A stretch of DNA of 64,000 bases from an uncultured cyanobacterium. Lineage in GTDB: Bacteria; Cyanobacteriota; Cyanobacteriia; Cyanobacteriales; CAWCAG01. Below, one piece after another: positions 1-10,600 of this stretch. Under the pieces are notes generated by a model, which was not told where the DNA came from, ran no database searches, and was given only the letters and a program-made list of their open reading frames with translations. Position numbers and translations under genes: made by a program. Location: assembly GCA_963793425.1 (NCBI GenBank), contig CAWCAG010000005.1, positions 512,001 to 576,000 on the forward strand, read 5' to 3'. How positions within the stretch are numbered: position 1 is the stretch's first letter; each line of letters begins with the position of its first letter.

Positions 1-468
1 GCCAATGAAACGTAACAGTATCTCTGCATAATTATTATTACTATCACGATTGGTTGTAGTTACCCAGCTTGTTAGGGATGAACTACGAATGCGTGCTGAG
101 TCAATATCTAACCTTTGCAAAGCAGCCGCAGTGGTAAGTAACTTAGTATTAGAAGCGGGAATAAGCCGCGTCGTCGGATTCTTACCGTAGATAACTTGTC
201 CATCCAATGACTCAACCAAAATTCCCCACTTAGCAGTCCTAAAAGCAGGAGTATCAACAATGGCATCAATGAAAAAATCCATTGAAGCAGGACAAACACC
301 ATCGCTTAGTTGCTCCGGTGGTGGTACATAAATATCTATGGGTTCAAAGTTTGGCGGCGGTAAAGTTGCAATTTCTTGGGCAACGCCTGCTTTAAATAGT
401 AGAGGATTGAAGGTTGTGATTGCGCTTAAAGCAAGGATCGTTAAGGATTTTAGCCAGGGTTGTTTCAT
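1..468 (-). CDS. dacB: D-alanyl-D-alanine carboxypeptidase/endopeptidase (peptidase S13, DacB/PBP4-like), 3' end outside window
   Basis: Manual translation from ATG at 468 gives MKQPWLKSLTILALSA...LIPASNTKLLTTAAAL...RDSNNNYAEILLRFIG: signal peptide, SxxK (PASNTK) and SxN (SNN) motifs. It is open to the window edge and absent from the ORF track. Confidence 0.85.
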   Translation of the reverse strand, partial: MKQPWLKSLTILALSAITTFNPLLFKAGVAQEIATLPPPNFEPIDIYVPPPEQLSDGVCPASMDFFIDAIVDTPAFRTAKWGILVESLDGQVIYGKNPTTRLIPASNTKLLTTAAALQRLDIDSARIRSSSLTSWVTTTNRDSNNNYAEILLRFIG

Positions 469-849
469 GCTTAATATTTAGACTACTTCGGTGACAATAG
501 CTAGATGGCTAACGAGGTTAACCCAATCTCCGCTATGATTTTTTTTGTCTCTAACTCAAAACTACGGTTATCTTAGACGATAATCTGTTCAGAAAGTTGT
601 TAGTTATAATTGATTGCTTTTTTCTTCCTTGAGGTGATATTATGTATATGGTGGAAAAGGTGCGCTCTTGAAAAGCCTTTTTCAACAAGAATTTTAGTTA
701 AATTTGCAATAAATCTGCTCTAGTCACAATCATTGACTAATAGTTGCGTAGTGAAAGCTATGTTGGATGCTTATTGTCTTTGAAAATTAAAAGCAGTGAA
801 TATTACTTGGTGAGTGGTAAACTATCTTAATTTGTCACAAATGTGATTA

Positions 850-3519
850 ATGGCTAAATCTTCTTGGCGGCAACGTTTGAACATATCGCGGTTAGCGATT
901 AAGTACTCTTGGTTAACGGTTTGTTTCTGGTTAGCCGTTACAGTGGCGGGGCTTTTCGCTTTTAGCTCCCTGAAATATGCCCTGTTTCCTGATATTACTT
1001 TTCCTGTTGTGGCGATTAATGCTACTTTGCCTTCACAAACGGCTTTAGATACGGAAAAAGAATTAACTATTCCCATTGAAAAACAGTTACAATCTTTACC
1101 AGGTTTAGATGATATTCGTTCTTCTAGTTATCCAGGGCAAGCGGCTATTACCGTTTCTTTTGATGTTGGCACTAACTTAGAATCTTCTACCACCGAAGTA
1201 GAAACTGCTTTAGAAAAAGCTGAGTTACCGAAAAAAGCAACTTTTCAAGTTATTCCCTTAAACTTAAATGAATCTCCGGTTATTAGTTATGCCATCAAGA
1301 GTGAAGAAACTAAACTTGAGGAATTAATTGATGTAGCAGAAGCAGAAATAATTCCTCCCTTAGCTAAATTAGCTGGGGTTTTGCGAGTGGATTTTTTAGG
1401 TACTGCAACCACTCCAAAAACGGACTCAGTAACTCAGAATCAGTCTACTCTGGTACGTTTTAATGGCGAAGATGCTTTAGCTTTTCAAGTCATTAAAAAA
1501 GGCAATGCGAATACCTTAGAAGTAGTAAATCGGGTAGAAAAGGAAGTTAAAAAATTACAAAAAGACTTACCGGAAATACAACTAGTTTTAGCAGCAACTC
1601 AAGCTGATTATATTCAAGAAGCAACCCAATCCACTATTGAAGCCTTGGTTTTAGCCATTGTACTGGCGGTTTTAGTTATTTTTGTCTTCTTACGTAACTG
1701 GCGGGCAACCTTAATTACCGCCTTAGCCATTCCTATCTCGTTGTTGGGAACTTTCATAGTCATGGCAGTAGCAGGGTTTAACCTGGAAACTATCACCCTA
1801 CTTGCCTTAGCTTTGGTAATTGGCATCATTGTCGATGATGCCATTGTCGAAGTGGAAAACATCATTCGCCACATTGAAGAAGGGCAAACCCCCCAAGAAG
1901 CTGCCTTAACTGCCACCAGAGAAATTGGTTTAACGGTTTCTGCTTCCACAATCACCATCGTAGCAGTATTCTTACCCGTTGCTTTAATGGGGGGAACAGT
2001 AGGGCAGTTTTTTAAACCCTTTGGTTTAACAGTCTCTGCTGCTGTTATCACTTCCTTGCTAATTGCCCGTACCCTTTCTCCCGTTTTAGGAGTTTATTGG
2101 TTAAGAAGGAAGCAGGGAGTAGGAAGCGGGGAGCAGATTTCTCCGTCAACTGGATTTAATCTTAATAGGTACTATCGCAACTTGCTTAGTTGGTCATTGT
2201 GCCATCGCTCTATTGTAATCGGTTTAGCAATTGTTAGTTTTATAGCCGGGGTTGCCTTAATTCCTTTAATTCCCAAAGGATTTATCCCGAAATTAGATCG
2301 GGGAGAATTTAATGTTACTTACATTGCACCTTTACCGCAATTGGATAGCAGGGAGGTGAGTGAAGGTGAAAACATTGCAAACCAAAATAGAGAAGATAAT
2401 GCTGCAAACCTTTCTCCTGAAGAGGGAATGAAGCTTTTATTAACAGATTCCCTCAAAACAGCTAAGAAATTAGAAACAGAAATTTTAGCGAATCCTAACG
2501 TTGCTTCTGTTTTTACCATCAGTGGCGATCGCGGCGAACCGAATCGAGGTAAACTCTATGTCAAATTAAAAGGCAACCGCCAACTTAACACCTCCCAAGT
2601 ACAAAAACAACTCCGGGCTGACTTACCTACCCTCAAAGGAGTAACCACCAGCGTTGAAGATATTCAGTTTGTAGAATTAGCAAGTACCAAACCCTTGCAA
2701 GTCGCTTTATTAGGAGACAAAGTACAAGCCCTACAAAGCAAAGCCACCGAACTTAAAAAACGCCTCCAGAAACTACCAGGATTTGAAGATATTACCGCCA
2801 CAGGAGACGAAGAAGAAACGGCAAGTAAGGGAGTTAGGGAACGCCTCAACGGCAAACAGGTTGCCTATCTGAGTGCTAACTTAGGAGAAGAATTAGCGTT
2901 AGGGGATGCCACCGAAAAAGTAGTGGCAATCGCCGATAATATTTTACCTGCCAACATCACCTTAGACTTAAAAGGAGATGCAGGAGTTAGTAATCATGTC
3001 CTCACTAGCTTTGCTGGCACTTTGACCCTTTCTGTTGCCTCCATGCTAGGGGTGTTACTCCTCTTATTTGGCAGATTGTTAGAACCATTAGTGGTAGGTT
3101 TATCTTTACCCCTCGCTATTGTGGGGGCAATGTTAGCTTTACTAATCACCCAAAGCGACTTTGGTATGATTTCTTTGATCGGGCTAATCTTCCTTTTAGG
3201 TTTACTGGATAAAAATGCCTTGTTGTTAATGGATTATGCCAACCAGTTACGTAAAGCTGGCTTAGATCGTACCGAAGCAATTCTGCAAACCGGAGTTATT
3301 CGCCTCCGCCCCATTCTTATGACAACTGCTTCCACTATTTTAGGCATGATGCCCATTGCTTTTGGTTTGGGGGCTGGGGCAGAATTGAGGCAACCAATGG
3401 CTGTGGCGATTATTGGTGGTTTGTTTACTTCTACTCTGTTGAGTTTAATTGTTGTCCCTGTACTTTATAGTTTGTTGGAGGATTGGTGGCTAAAAATTAC
3501 TAATATTGGTTTGAAGTAA
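850..3519 (+). CDS. AcrB/AcrD/AcrF-family RND transporter permease (short, 889 aa)
   Basis: LFPDITFPVV start, GIIVDDAIVEVENI (TM4), KNALLL and RLRPILMTT motifs, two blocks of TM helices. Confidence 0.92.
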   Translation: MAKSSWRQRLNISRLAIKYSWLTVCFWLAVTVAGLFAFSSLKYALFPDITFPVVAINATLPSQTALDTEKELTIPIEKQLQSLPGLDDIRSSSYPGQAAITVSFDVGTNLESSTTEVETALEKAELPKKATFQVIPLNLNESPVISYAIKSEETKLEELIDVAEAEIIPPLAKLAGVLRVDFLGTATTPKTDSVTQNQSTLVRFNGEDALAFQVIKKGNANTLEVVNRVEKEVKKLQKDLPEIQLVLAATQADYIQEATQSTIEALVLAIVLAVLVIFVFLRNWRATLITALAIPISLLGTFIVMAVAGFNLETITLLALALVIGIIVDDAIVEVENIIRHIEEGQTPQEAALTATREIGLTVSASTITIVAVFLPVALMGGTVGQFFKPFGLTVSAAVITSLLIARTLSPVLGVYWLRRKQGVGSGEQISPSTGFNLNRYYRNLLSWSLCHRSIVIGLAIVSFIAGVALIPLIPKGFIPKLDRGEFNVTYIAPLPQLDSREVSEGENIANQNREDNAANLSPEEGMKLLLTDSLKTAKKLETEILANPNVASVFTISGDRGEPNRGKLYVKLKGNRQLNTSQVQKQLRADLPTLKGVTTSVEDIQFVELASTKPLQVALLGDKVQALQSKATELKKRLQKLPGFEDITATGDEEETASKGVRERLNGKQVAYLSANLGEELALGDATEKVVAIADNILPANITLDLKGDAGVSNHVLTSFAGTLTLSVASMLGVLLLLFGRLLEPLVVGLSLPLAIVGAMLALLITQSDFGMISLIGLIFLLGLLDKNALLLMDYANQLRKAGLDRTEAILQTGVIRLRPILMTTASTILGMMPIAFGLGAGAELRQPMAVAIIGGLFTSTLLSLIVVPVLYSLLEDWWLKITNIGLK

Positions 3520-3538
3520 GTTATTATCAAATCTCTCT

Positions 3539-3659
3539 GCAAGGGCAGGTTTTTATATATCCCTGTCGTTGTTGAATAATTGTGTAAGGGTGGGTTTTTA
3601 TACATCTCTGTCGTTGCCAAATATCTAAACAAACCCGCCCCTACGAAACCTGTCCCTAC
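3539..3659. repeat. REP/REPIN-like cluster left of the RAYT
   Basis: gtaagggtgggttt(3584)...aaacccgcccctac(3644), nested inside gcaagggcaggttt(3539)...aaacctgtccctac(3659); includes an imperfect ~45 bp tandem duplication. Confidence 0.8.
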
Positions 3660-3686
3660 GTTAATCTGTGTCATTTAGGATAACAA

Positions 3687-4271
3687 ATGCAATACAATCC
3701 TAACATTTATCATCGGCGTTCTATTCGCTTAGTTGGATTTGATTATACAAAGCCAGGGGCATATTTTGTCACCGTTTGTATTCGGCAACGTGAATGTTTG
3801 TTAGGAAAATGCCAGGATAATCAAGTACAGTTAAGTCGTTATGGTGAAGTAGTAAAATTTAACTGGCTTAATTTAACAAATGTCTATCCTCACGTGGCAT
3901 TAGATGCTTTTATTATTATGCCTAATCATATTCATGGGATTATTATCTTAAAAGATTGTCCAGAAAATAAATTAGAAACTAAAGAGAAACAGACTGGATT
4001 ATCAGAAGTTATCTGTAGTTTAAAAAGATTCTCTGCACGCCGCATCAATCAACTTCACAATATTAAAGGCATTTCTGTGTGGCAACGTGGTTATTATGAA
4101 CATATTATCCGTAATGAGCGATCGCTAAATAATATTAGAGAATATATTGTCAACAATCCCGTAAATTGGCAAGAGGATGAAATGCACCCTTCACAATCTT
4201 TTCTAGGGGCTAAAAAACTCAATGTTCAATTAAATAACAATGACGAATTACCAATAAATTTACAAAAATAA
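3687..4271 (+). mobile_element. REP-associated tyrosine transposase (RAYT, Y1 HUH family)
   Basis: HRRSIRL..DY...GAYFVT, IMPNHIHGII (HUH), WQRGYYEHIIR and EYIVNNP motifs; flanked by GTAG-type palindromes. Confidence 0.92.
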
Positions 4272-4286
4272 CCTTTCCAAACACCC

Positions 4287-4347
4287 GTAGGGGCGGGTTT
4301 ACTTGGATGTTTGGCAATAGCAGAGATATTGAAAAACCCGCCCTAAC
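4287..4347. repeat. REPIN-like unit right of the RAYT, inverted copy of 3584-3644
   Basis: gtaggggcgggtttacttggatgtttggcaatagcagagatattgaaaaacccgccctaac closely matches the reverse complement of 3584-3644. Confidence 0.85.
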
Positions 4348-4370
4348 ATCGGTATCTGGCTTACACTACG

Positions 4371-5294
4371 TTAATTTTCAACCTTCAATCGCCTTTCCAT
4401 CAAAGCTTGCACTGCTTCTTGAGGAGTTGTCTTACTTTTGAGTAGCTGATCAACTTGTTGGGCAATTGGTACAGAAAGTTGTTCTTGTTTAGCAATTTTA
4501 ATTAAAACTTGGGTAGTATTAACCCCTTCTGCTGTCCCTTCTAAATCCTCTAAAATTTGCTTTAAAGTTTGACCTTTCCCCAATCTGTAACCCACTTGAT
4601 AGTTGCGAGAAAGGGGACTATTGCAAGTAGCGAGTAAATCTCCTAAACCAGATAAACCGAAAAAAGTTTCTACCTTTGCCCCTAACTGGCTGCCAACACG
4701 AATCATTTCTGGTAAGGCACGAGTTAATAAGCCTGATTTCGCGTTTGTTCCTAATTCTAAACCATCGCAAACTCCTGCTGCGATCGCCATAACATTTTTC
4801 AATGTTCCTCCCAATTCTGTCCCTAGAGGATCATCGTTGATGTAAACCCGAAAGTTTTCTGAAGAGTAAAGCTGTTGTACTGTTTTTGCTGCCTCTAAGT
4901 TGCTGCTAGCTACCACTGTTGCTGCGGGTAAACCTTTTTGAATTTCTTTAGAAAGATTCGGACCAGATAACACGGCTACGGTATGATTAGGAAAGGCTGC
5001 TTGCCAAATCTGCGAAGGTGTAAGAGTTGTTGCGAAATCTAATCCTTTAGTGGCGGTGACAATAATTGTGTTTTCAGGTAAATTGCTTGCTGCAACCCTT
5101 TCTATGGTTGGTAATACCCCTGCCATAGAGACGGCAGAAACTATTACCTCTGCGGCTAAAGCCTCTGATAAATTCACCTCATTACTGCGCGACCAAAGAT
5201 GAACTTGGTGATTGTTGCGACTAGCTAAAGTTCCTAATGCTGTTCCCCAAACTCCCTTACCCAAAACTGTTAAAGTCTTCTTTGCATTTATCAT
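4371..5294 (-). CDS. gpsA: NAD(P)H-dependent glycerol-3-phosphate dehydrogenase
   Basis: GKGVWGTALG Rossmann motif, LSGPNL, GGTLKNVMAIAAG, GLGDLLATC..SRN. Confidence 0.96.
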   Translation of the reverse strand: MINAKKTLTVLGKGVWGTALGTLASRNNHQVHLWSRSNEVNLSEALAAEVIVSAVSMAGVLPTIERVAASNLPENTIIVTATKGLDFATTLTPSQIWQAAFPNHTVAVLSGPNLSKEIQKGLPAATVVASSNLEAAKTVQQLYSSENFRVYINDDPLGTELGGTLKNVMAIAAGVCDGLELGTNAKSGLLTRALPEMIRVGSQLGAKVETFFGLSGLGDLLATCNSPLSRNYQVGYRLGKGQTLKQILEDLEGTAEGVNTTQVLIKIAKQEQLSVPIAQQVDQLLKSKTTPQEAVQALMERRLKVEN

Positions 5295-5505
5295 TTATCA
5301 TTGGCTCTGATAGCGATTTTTTAGAGCGCAGCTTTTCCACCATATACATAATATCACCTCAAGGGAGAATAAAAAAGCTTTTTTCGCCCTACCCAACTAT
5401 TTATCAACAAATCATTGAGGTTTTGCGATACCAAATCCTACTCTTTACTCCCTACTCCCTGCCCTCACAAACAACCTGTGCCACTAAACATGGTTTTGGG
5501 TGTGA

Positions 5506-6135
5506 CTAATGCTCAGAGCGTAAGGCTGGTGCTAAGAAAGCAACCAACTTCGACACAGTAGTTTTGATAGTTTTGGGGGAATCATCTTGAATCAGAGCAT
5601 GAGGTTTTTTTGCTTCAGTCAACACCCGTAATAAAACAGCAATGATTAGATCGAGTTTCCAGGTAAGTTCCTGGCGAGAAAGATTAGGAAGGGAGCGCCC
5701 CAATGCGTCTAGATAAGCTTCTTGACTCCCTCGAAACTCTCGATCAGCAACTTCTCGAATTGAATCGGGTTCAAGGCGGCAACGTCCCATAAATCGAGCG
5801 CAATTCAGGCTGCGATCGCCACTATCGAGAATAACTTCAAGAGCAGGAGTCAAAAATGTTTCTAAAATAGCTTCAACCCTAAGAGGATCATTTTGGGCTT
5901 CACACTTTGCCAATCTTTTTAGTTGCTCCTTGACTAATGGTTGGGCAATTCGTGCTACAACTGCATGAAATAATTCTTCTTTGGAACCAAAGTGATAATG
6001 AACCGCAGACAAGTTAACATCCGCTTTGCGGATCACGCTTCGCAGTGATGTACCAGCAAAACCATTTTCGGCGAATAGCTGTTCGGCAACATTAAGAATC
6101 TGTTCTTTGGTATCAATGGAAGAAGTTGAGGTCAT
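5506..6135 (-). CDS. TetR/AcrR-family transcriptional regulator (PsrA-like)
   Basis: TKEQILNVAEQLFAENGFAGTSLR...VNLSAVHYHFGSKEEL HTH; divergent from the efflux genes. Confidence 0.93.
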   Translation of the reverse strand: MTSTSSIDTKEQILNVAEQLFAENGFAGTSLRSVIRKADVNLSAVHYHFGSKEELFHAVVARIAQPLVKEQLKRLAKCEAQNDPLRVEAILETFLTPALEVILDSGDRSLNCARFMGRCRLEPDSIREVADREFRGSQEAYLDALGRSLPNLSRQELTWKLDLIIAVLLRVLTEAKKPHALIQDDSPKTIKTTVSKLVAFLAPALRSEH

Positions 6136-6182
6136 AAGCTTAAATGAAATTTTGAGGATTTACCCGAAAAAACTTGCTATTA

Positions 6183-6200
6183 TTTCAAACGTTTGTTTTA
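6183..6200. promoter_or_regulatory. Putative TetR operator, copy 1
   Basis: tttcaaacgtttgtttta, near-palindromic CAAAC-N4-GTTT, repeated at 6294-6311. Confidence 0.65.
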
Positions 6201-6293
6201 ATAACTTTAAGGGCTACAAATTCTAAATATTTTTACACTCTCTATCAAAAGAGGAGATAACTCAACATTCTAGTTGCTGGATATATTAACATT

Positions 6294-6311
6294 TTTCAAA
6301 CATTTGTTTTA
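6294..6311. promoter_or_regulatory. Putative TetR operator, copy 2
   Basis: tttcaaacatttgtttta, 17/18 identical to 6183-6200, just upstream of the MFP start. Confidence 0.65.
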
Positions 6312-6328
6312 TTCAGAATTTTGATATT

Positions 6329-7672
6329 ATGACTTCTAAAGAAATATCCGAGGCAAATTCCCCTTATCCATCTTCATTAGAATTCCCCGAACACTTACAG
6401 AAGAAACGAGGTAAATACTTTTATCTACTATTCGGAATTGCTGGTGTCGGACTAATACTCATCTTTGCTCGTCCGCTACTAACTCCAACATCAGATAGTC
6501 CTCCTGAAGCGACAACTAAGGTTCTACCTGTAGAAACAATAGAGGTTAAACCTGTTGATTCTTATCAGATATCACGGGCTTATACAGGAGAAATTTCTGC
6601 TTCAAGGACAAGCAATTTAGGATTCTCTCGTGGTGGTGACATAGAACAGGTTTTAGTTAAAGAAGGCGATCCTATCACCAAAGGACAATCCTTAGCTAAG
6701 TTAGATATTCGTAACCTGCAAACCCAACGCCAGCAACTGGTAGCAGAAAAAGCCCGTGCCGAAGCACAATTGGTTGAACTACAAAGAGGTGCGCGTCAAG
6801 AAGACATTGATGCAGCCCAAGCAGGAGTGACAGAAATAGAACAGCAGCTTAAGCTGCAAGAAACGCAACTACAAAGAAGGGAATTTTTATATAACGAAGG
6901 GGCAATCTCAAAAGAAGAATTAGATGAGTTTTCTTTTGGCAAAGGCTCATTACAAGCCAAATTAAATCAAGCACGTAGCAGGCTTGCAGAACTACAAAAT
7001 GGTACAAGGTGGGAACAAGTAGCAGCACAACAGGCAACATTGCAGCAACTAGAAGCCCGTATTGCAGATGTTGATGTAAACATTGATAAAAGTACCCTCA
7101 AAGCCCCATTTAATGGCATTGTGGCAACGCGAGAATTAGATGAAGGAACTGTGGCTGATGCAGGGCAACCAATCCTGCGTTTAATGGAGAATACTGCCCC
7201 TGAAGCGCGGGTGGGGATACCCAATCAAGTGGCAAATAAGTTAGCTGTCGGTAGTTCTCAAAACCTCAAACTTGGCTCCCAAACTTATGAAGCAACCGTA
7301 GCCTCTATCCTCCCGGAAGTGAATTCTAACACTCGCACTCAGACAGTTGTCTTTAATTTAGACCCTGCTACGATTAACACAATAAATCCTGGTCAAACCG
7401 TGAGGCTGGAACTAGTAGAAGACATTAAGACTGAAGGTTATTGGCTACCAACAGAGGCTTTAACTCAAGGCATTAGAGGACTTTGGACTTGCTATGTTTT
7501 ATCTGAGTCAGAAGAGACAGAAAACTATCAAGTTAAACAACATTCCGTAGAAATTATTTATCAACAAGGGGATCGCGCTTTGGTTAGAGGCACATTACAA
7601 CCAGGGGATGAGGTTGTGGCCAATGGTACACATCGTCTTGTACCAGGACAGCAGGTTAAGACTCAGAAGTGA
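6329..7672 (+). CDS. RND efflux periplasmic adaptor (membrane fusion protein, HlyD family)
   Basis: N-terminal TM anchor, lipoyl halves VKEGD...GQSLAKLD and LKAPFNG, long coiled coil, GTLQPGDEVV. Confidence 0.93.
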   Translation: MTSKEISEANSPYPSSLEFPEHLQKKRGKYFYLLFGIAGVGLILIFARPLLTPTSDSPPEATTKVLPVETIEVKPVDSYQISRAYTGEISASRTSNLGFSRGGDIEQVLVKEGDPITKGQSLAKLDIRNLQTQRQQLVAEKARAEAQLVELQRGARQEDIDAAQAGVTEIEQQLKLQETQLQRREFLYNEGAISKEELDEFSFGKGSLQAKLNQARSRLAELQNGTRWEQVAAQQATLQQLEARIADVDVNIDKSTLKAPFNGIVATRELDEGTVADAGQPILRLMENTAPEARVGIPNQVANKLAVGSSQNLKLGSQTYEATVASILPEVNSNTRTQTVVFNLDPATINTINPGQTVRLELVEDIKTEGYWLPTEALTQGIRGLWTCYVLSESEETENYQVKQHSVEIIYQQGDRALVRGTLQPGDEVVANGTHRLVPGQQVKTQK

Positions 7673-7687
7673 TTCAGGATTGAAAAG

Positions 7688-10600
7688 ATGATGGTTAAAC
7701 CGTTTTATCGCAACATACGTTTATTAATTCTGACATTTATCCTCATAATAGCCTGGGGTATCTTATCTTTCCAATCTTTGCCGCAACAAGAAGATCCTGA
7801 ATTGGTTTCGCGAGTAGCTGTGGTTAAAACAGCTTTTCCTGGTGCGAGTGCAGAGCGAGTTGAAGCACTGGTTACGGAAGCTTTGGAGGGGGAAATTACT
7901 GAGATTGAAGAAATTGATACCCTACAATCCGATTCGCGGGTAGGATTTTCTACTGTAACGATAGAGTTAGTAGATTCCGTGGCTAATGCTCAGCTAATCT
8001 GGTCTAAAGTTAGGGATAAAATTAATGATGCTTCTGCTTTTTTTCCTCCTGGTGCAGGAGTCCCTGAATTAGAAGAAGTAAAAATCAAAGCTTATACGGC
8101 GATCGCTTCTTTAACTTGGAATCAACCAAGTGAGCCTAACTATTCTGTGTTACGACGCTATGCAGAGCAGTTAGAAGTAGCAATGCGGGGGGTGGAAGGA
8201 ACAGAAGAGGCAAAAAGTTTCGGCGCTCCTAATGAAGAAATTACCGTAGAAATCAACGCTCCAGATTTAGTGACGGTGGGGCTTTCCCCCCAAGAATTAG
8301 CTGAGCAAATTAATTTTAGTGATGCTAAAGTAACGGCGGGACAGTTTCGTAGCGATCGCTCTAATATTGCCATTGAGGTAGATAGTGAATTAGCGACCAT
8401 CGAAAGAATTAGACAAATACCGATTCAAAGTAATGCTGGACAATTTACTCGCCTGAGCGATATTGCTCAAGTCAATCGTACTATTCTACAGCCTCCTACG
8501 AATCTGGCTCTGGTTAGTGGCAAACCGGCGATAGTTGTGGGGATAATCATCAAGTCGGGATTGAAAATTGGCCAGTGGACTGAGGATGTAAAAGCGGAAA
8601 TAGCCAGGTTTGAAGCTGGTTTACCCCAGGGAGTTAGCTTAGATTTAATTTTTGACCAAAGTGAATATGTAGAGGCTCGCATCGGCTCGTTAATTTCTAA
8701 CTTAGTTGTGGGTGCGTTGTTGGTAGTGGGTGTCAACTTAGTTTCAATGGGTTGGCGTTCGTCTTTAGTTGTGGGTGTGGCTTTGCCTCTAACTACCTGT
8801 ATGGTGTTTGGCTGGATGAGTTTGCTTAATATTCCCATCCATCAAATGTCGGTGACGGGGTTAATTATTGCCCTGGGTTTACTTATTGATAATGCTATTG
8901 TCGTTGTCGATGAAATTCAGGTGGAAATGCAACATGGAGCAAAACCTTTAGAAGCTTTGCTTAAAACGGTAAATTATCTCAAGGTACCTCTGTTTGCCTC
9001 TACTATAACAACGGTGCTAACTTTTTTACCGATTGTCTTACTTCCCGGCGCGGCGGGGGAGTTTGTGAGGTCAATTGCTTTGAGTGTGATTATGGCTTTG
9101 ATTTCATCTTTGGCACTCTCCTTGACGGTAATTGCTTCCTTAGCTGCGCGGATGTTGGCTAGAAGTCCGGAAGAAGCTGAACAGCTAAAATTTAAAAAGA
9201 CCCAGCCTCAGAAGATCATTCAAAAAATCAAAACCTTTCTTTCCCGACCTGAAGCTTGGTGGAATCAGGGTTTTACCTCTCGATCATTAGCTCGTCCCTA
9301 TCGTCAATCCCTAAAATTTACGGCTTCTAAACCACTACTAGCTATTGCTCTTACTTTCTGTATTCCTTTAATTGGTTTTATTAGCGCCAAAACTTTAGAC
9401 AATCAGTTTTTTCCTTCGGTATCTAGAGATCAGTTTCAAATTGAGGTGGAATTTGCTTCCTCAACTGCTATCGCTGAGACTGAGGCAAAAATGTTGCAAG
9501 GGCGAGAGATTATTTTAGCAAACCCCCTCGTTAAAGATGTTCACTGGTTTATGGGAGAAAGTGCGCCCAAATTCTACTATAACTTTACCGGCAACAGACA
9601 AAATCAGTCAAATTATGCTCAGGCAATGGTGCAGTTGAATACTGACCAAGACCTTGAAGCTATTGTACAAGAGTTGCAAAATGAATTAGATGTTCAATTT
9701 CCCTCAGCCCGAATCTTAGTCAGACAGCTACAGCAAGGGCCTCCCTATGATGCTCCTGTGGAAATGCGAATTTTTGGCCCTAACTTAGCAGAGTTAAGAC
9801 GCTTGGGTATGGAGGTAAGAGGGATCTTAGCTACTGTACCGGATGTGATTCATGTCCGGGATGACTTGACTGAAGCTTTACCCAAATTAGGGTTGTCGGT
9901 GGATGAGGAACAAGCAAAACAGGCTGGTTTAACTAATACCGCCATTGCCCAACAGTTGGAGGCTTATTTGGAAGGTGCAATTGGTGGCTCAATTCTAGAA
10001 GCAACGGAGAATCTACCAGTGCGAGTTAGGGTAAGTAATGTAGACCGTGCAGATTTGAGTCAAATTGCTTCAATAGATTTAAGTGCTAAGGGTGGCGGGA
10101 ATAGTGACTTTGTTTCTACATCAGCTTTAGGAGAGTTTAATCTCACACCAGAATTAGCAAATATCGCTCGCTACAATGAGCAACGAGTTAATACTGTTCA
10201 GGGATACATCACAGCCGGGGTTTTACCGGCTGCTGTCTTAGCTAAGTTTCAAGCAGAGTTAGCAGCAAACAAATTTCAACTACCTTCAGGTTATCGTTAT
10301 GAGTTTGGTGGAGAACAAGAACAAAGCAGCCAAGCACAGGGGAATTTAGCTCAATATGTACCTTTGTTGCTAGTTGTGATGATAACAGCTCTGGTGCTAT
10401 CTCTCGGTTCTTTTCGTCAGGCGGGGATTGTAGGAGGGGTTGCTGTTGGTTGTATTGGTACAGCTTTGTTTTCTCTTAAGGTGGCCAGTGCGCCTTTGGG
10501 GTTTATGGCAATTATCGGTATCATGGGTTTGGTCGGCATTGCTATCAACGACACAGTGATTGTCCTCTCTGCTTTGAATGAACATCCCCAAGCTAGAGAA

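Noticed and set aside
108..302. 64 aa minus-strand ORF in the track
   Set aside because: It is an alternative frame inside the dacB-like gene (1-468), which the track missed because it runs off the window.
1614..2051. 145 aa antisense ORF, and similar ones at 8467-8838, 39197-39613, 40746-41105, 47866-48507 and 60145-60471
   Set aside because: They are shadow ORFs opposite well-supported genes and show no motifs.
5237..5509. 90 aa ORF between gpsA and tetR
   Set aside because: It overlaps gpsA in antisense, includes repeat-derived sequence and has no recognisable features.
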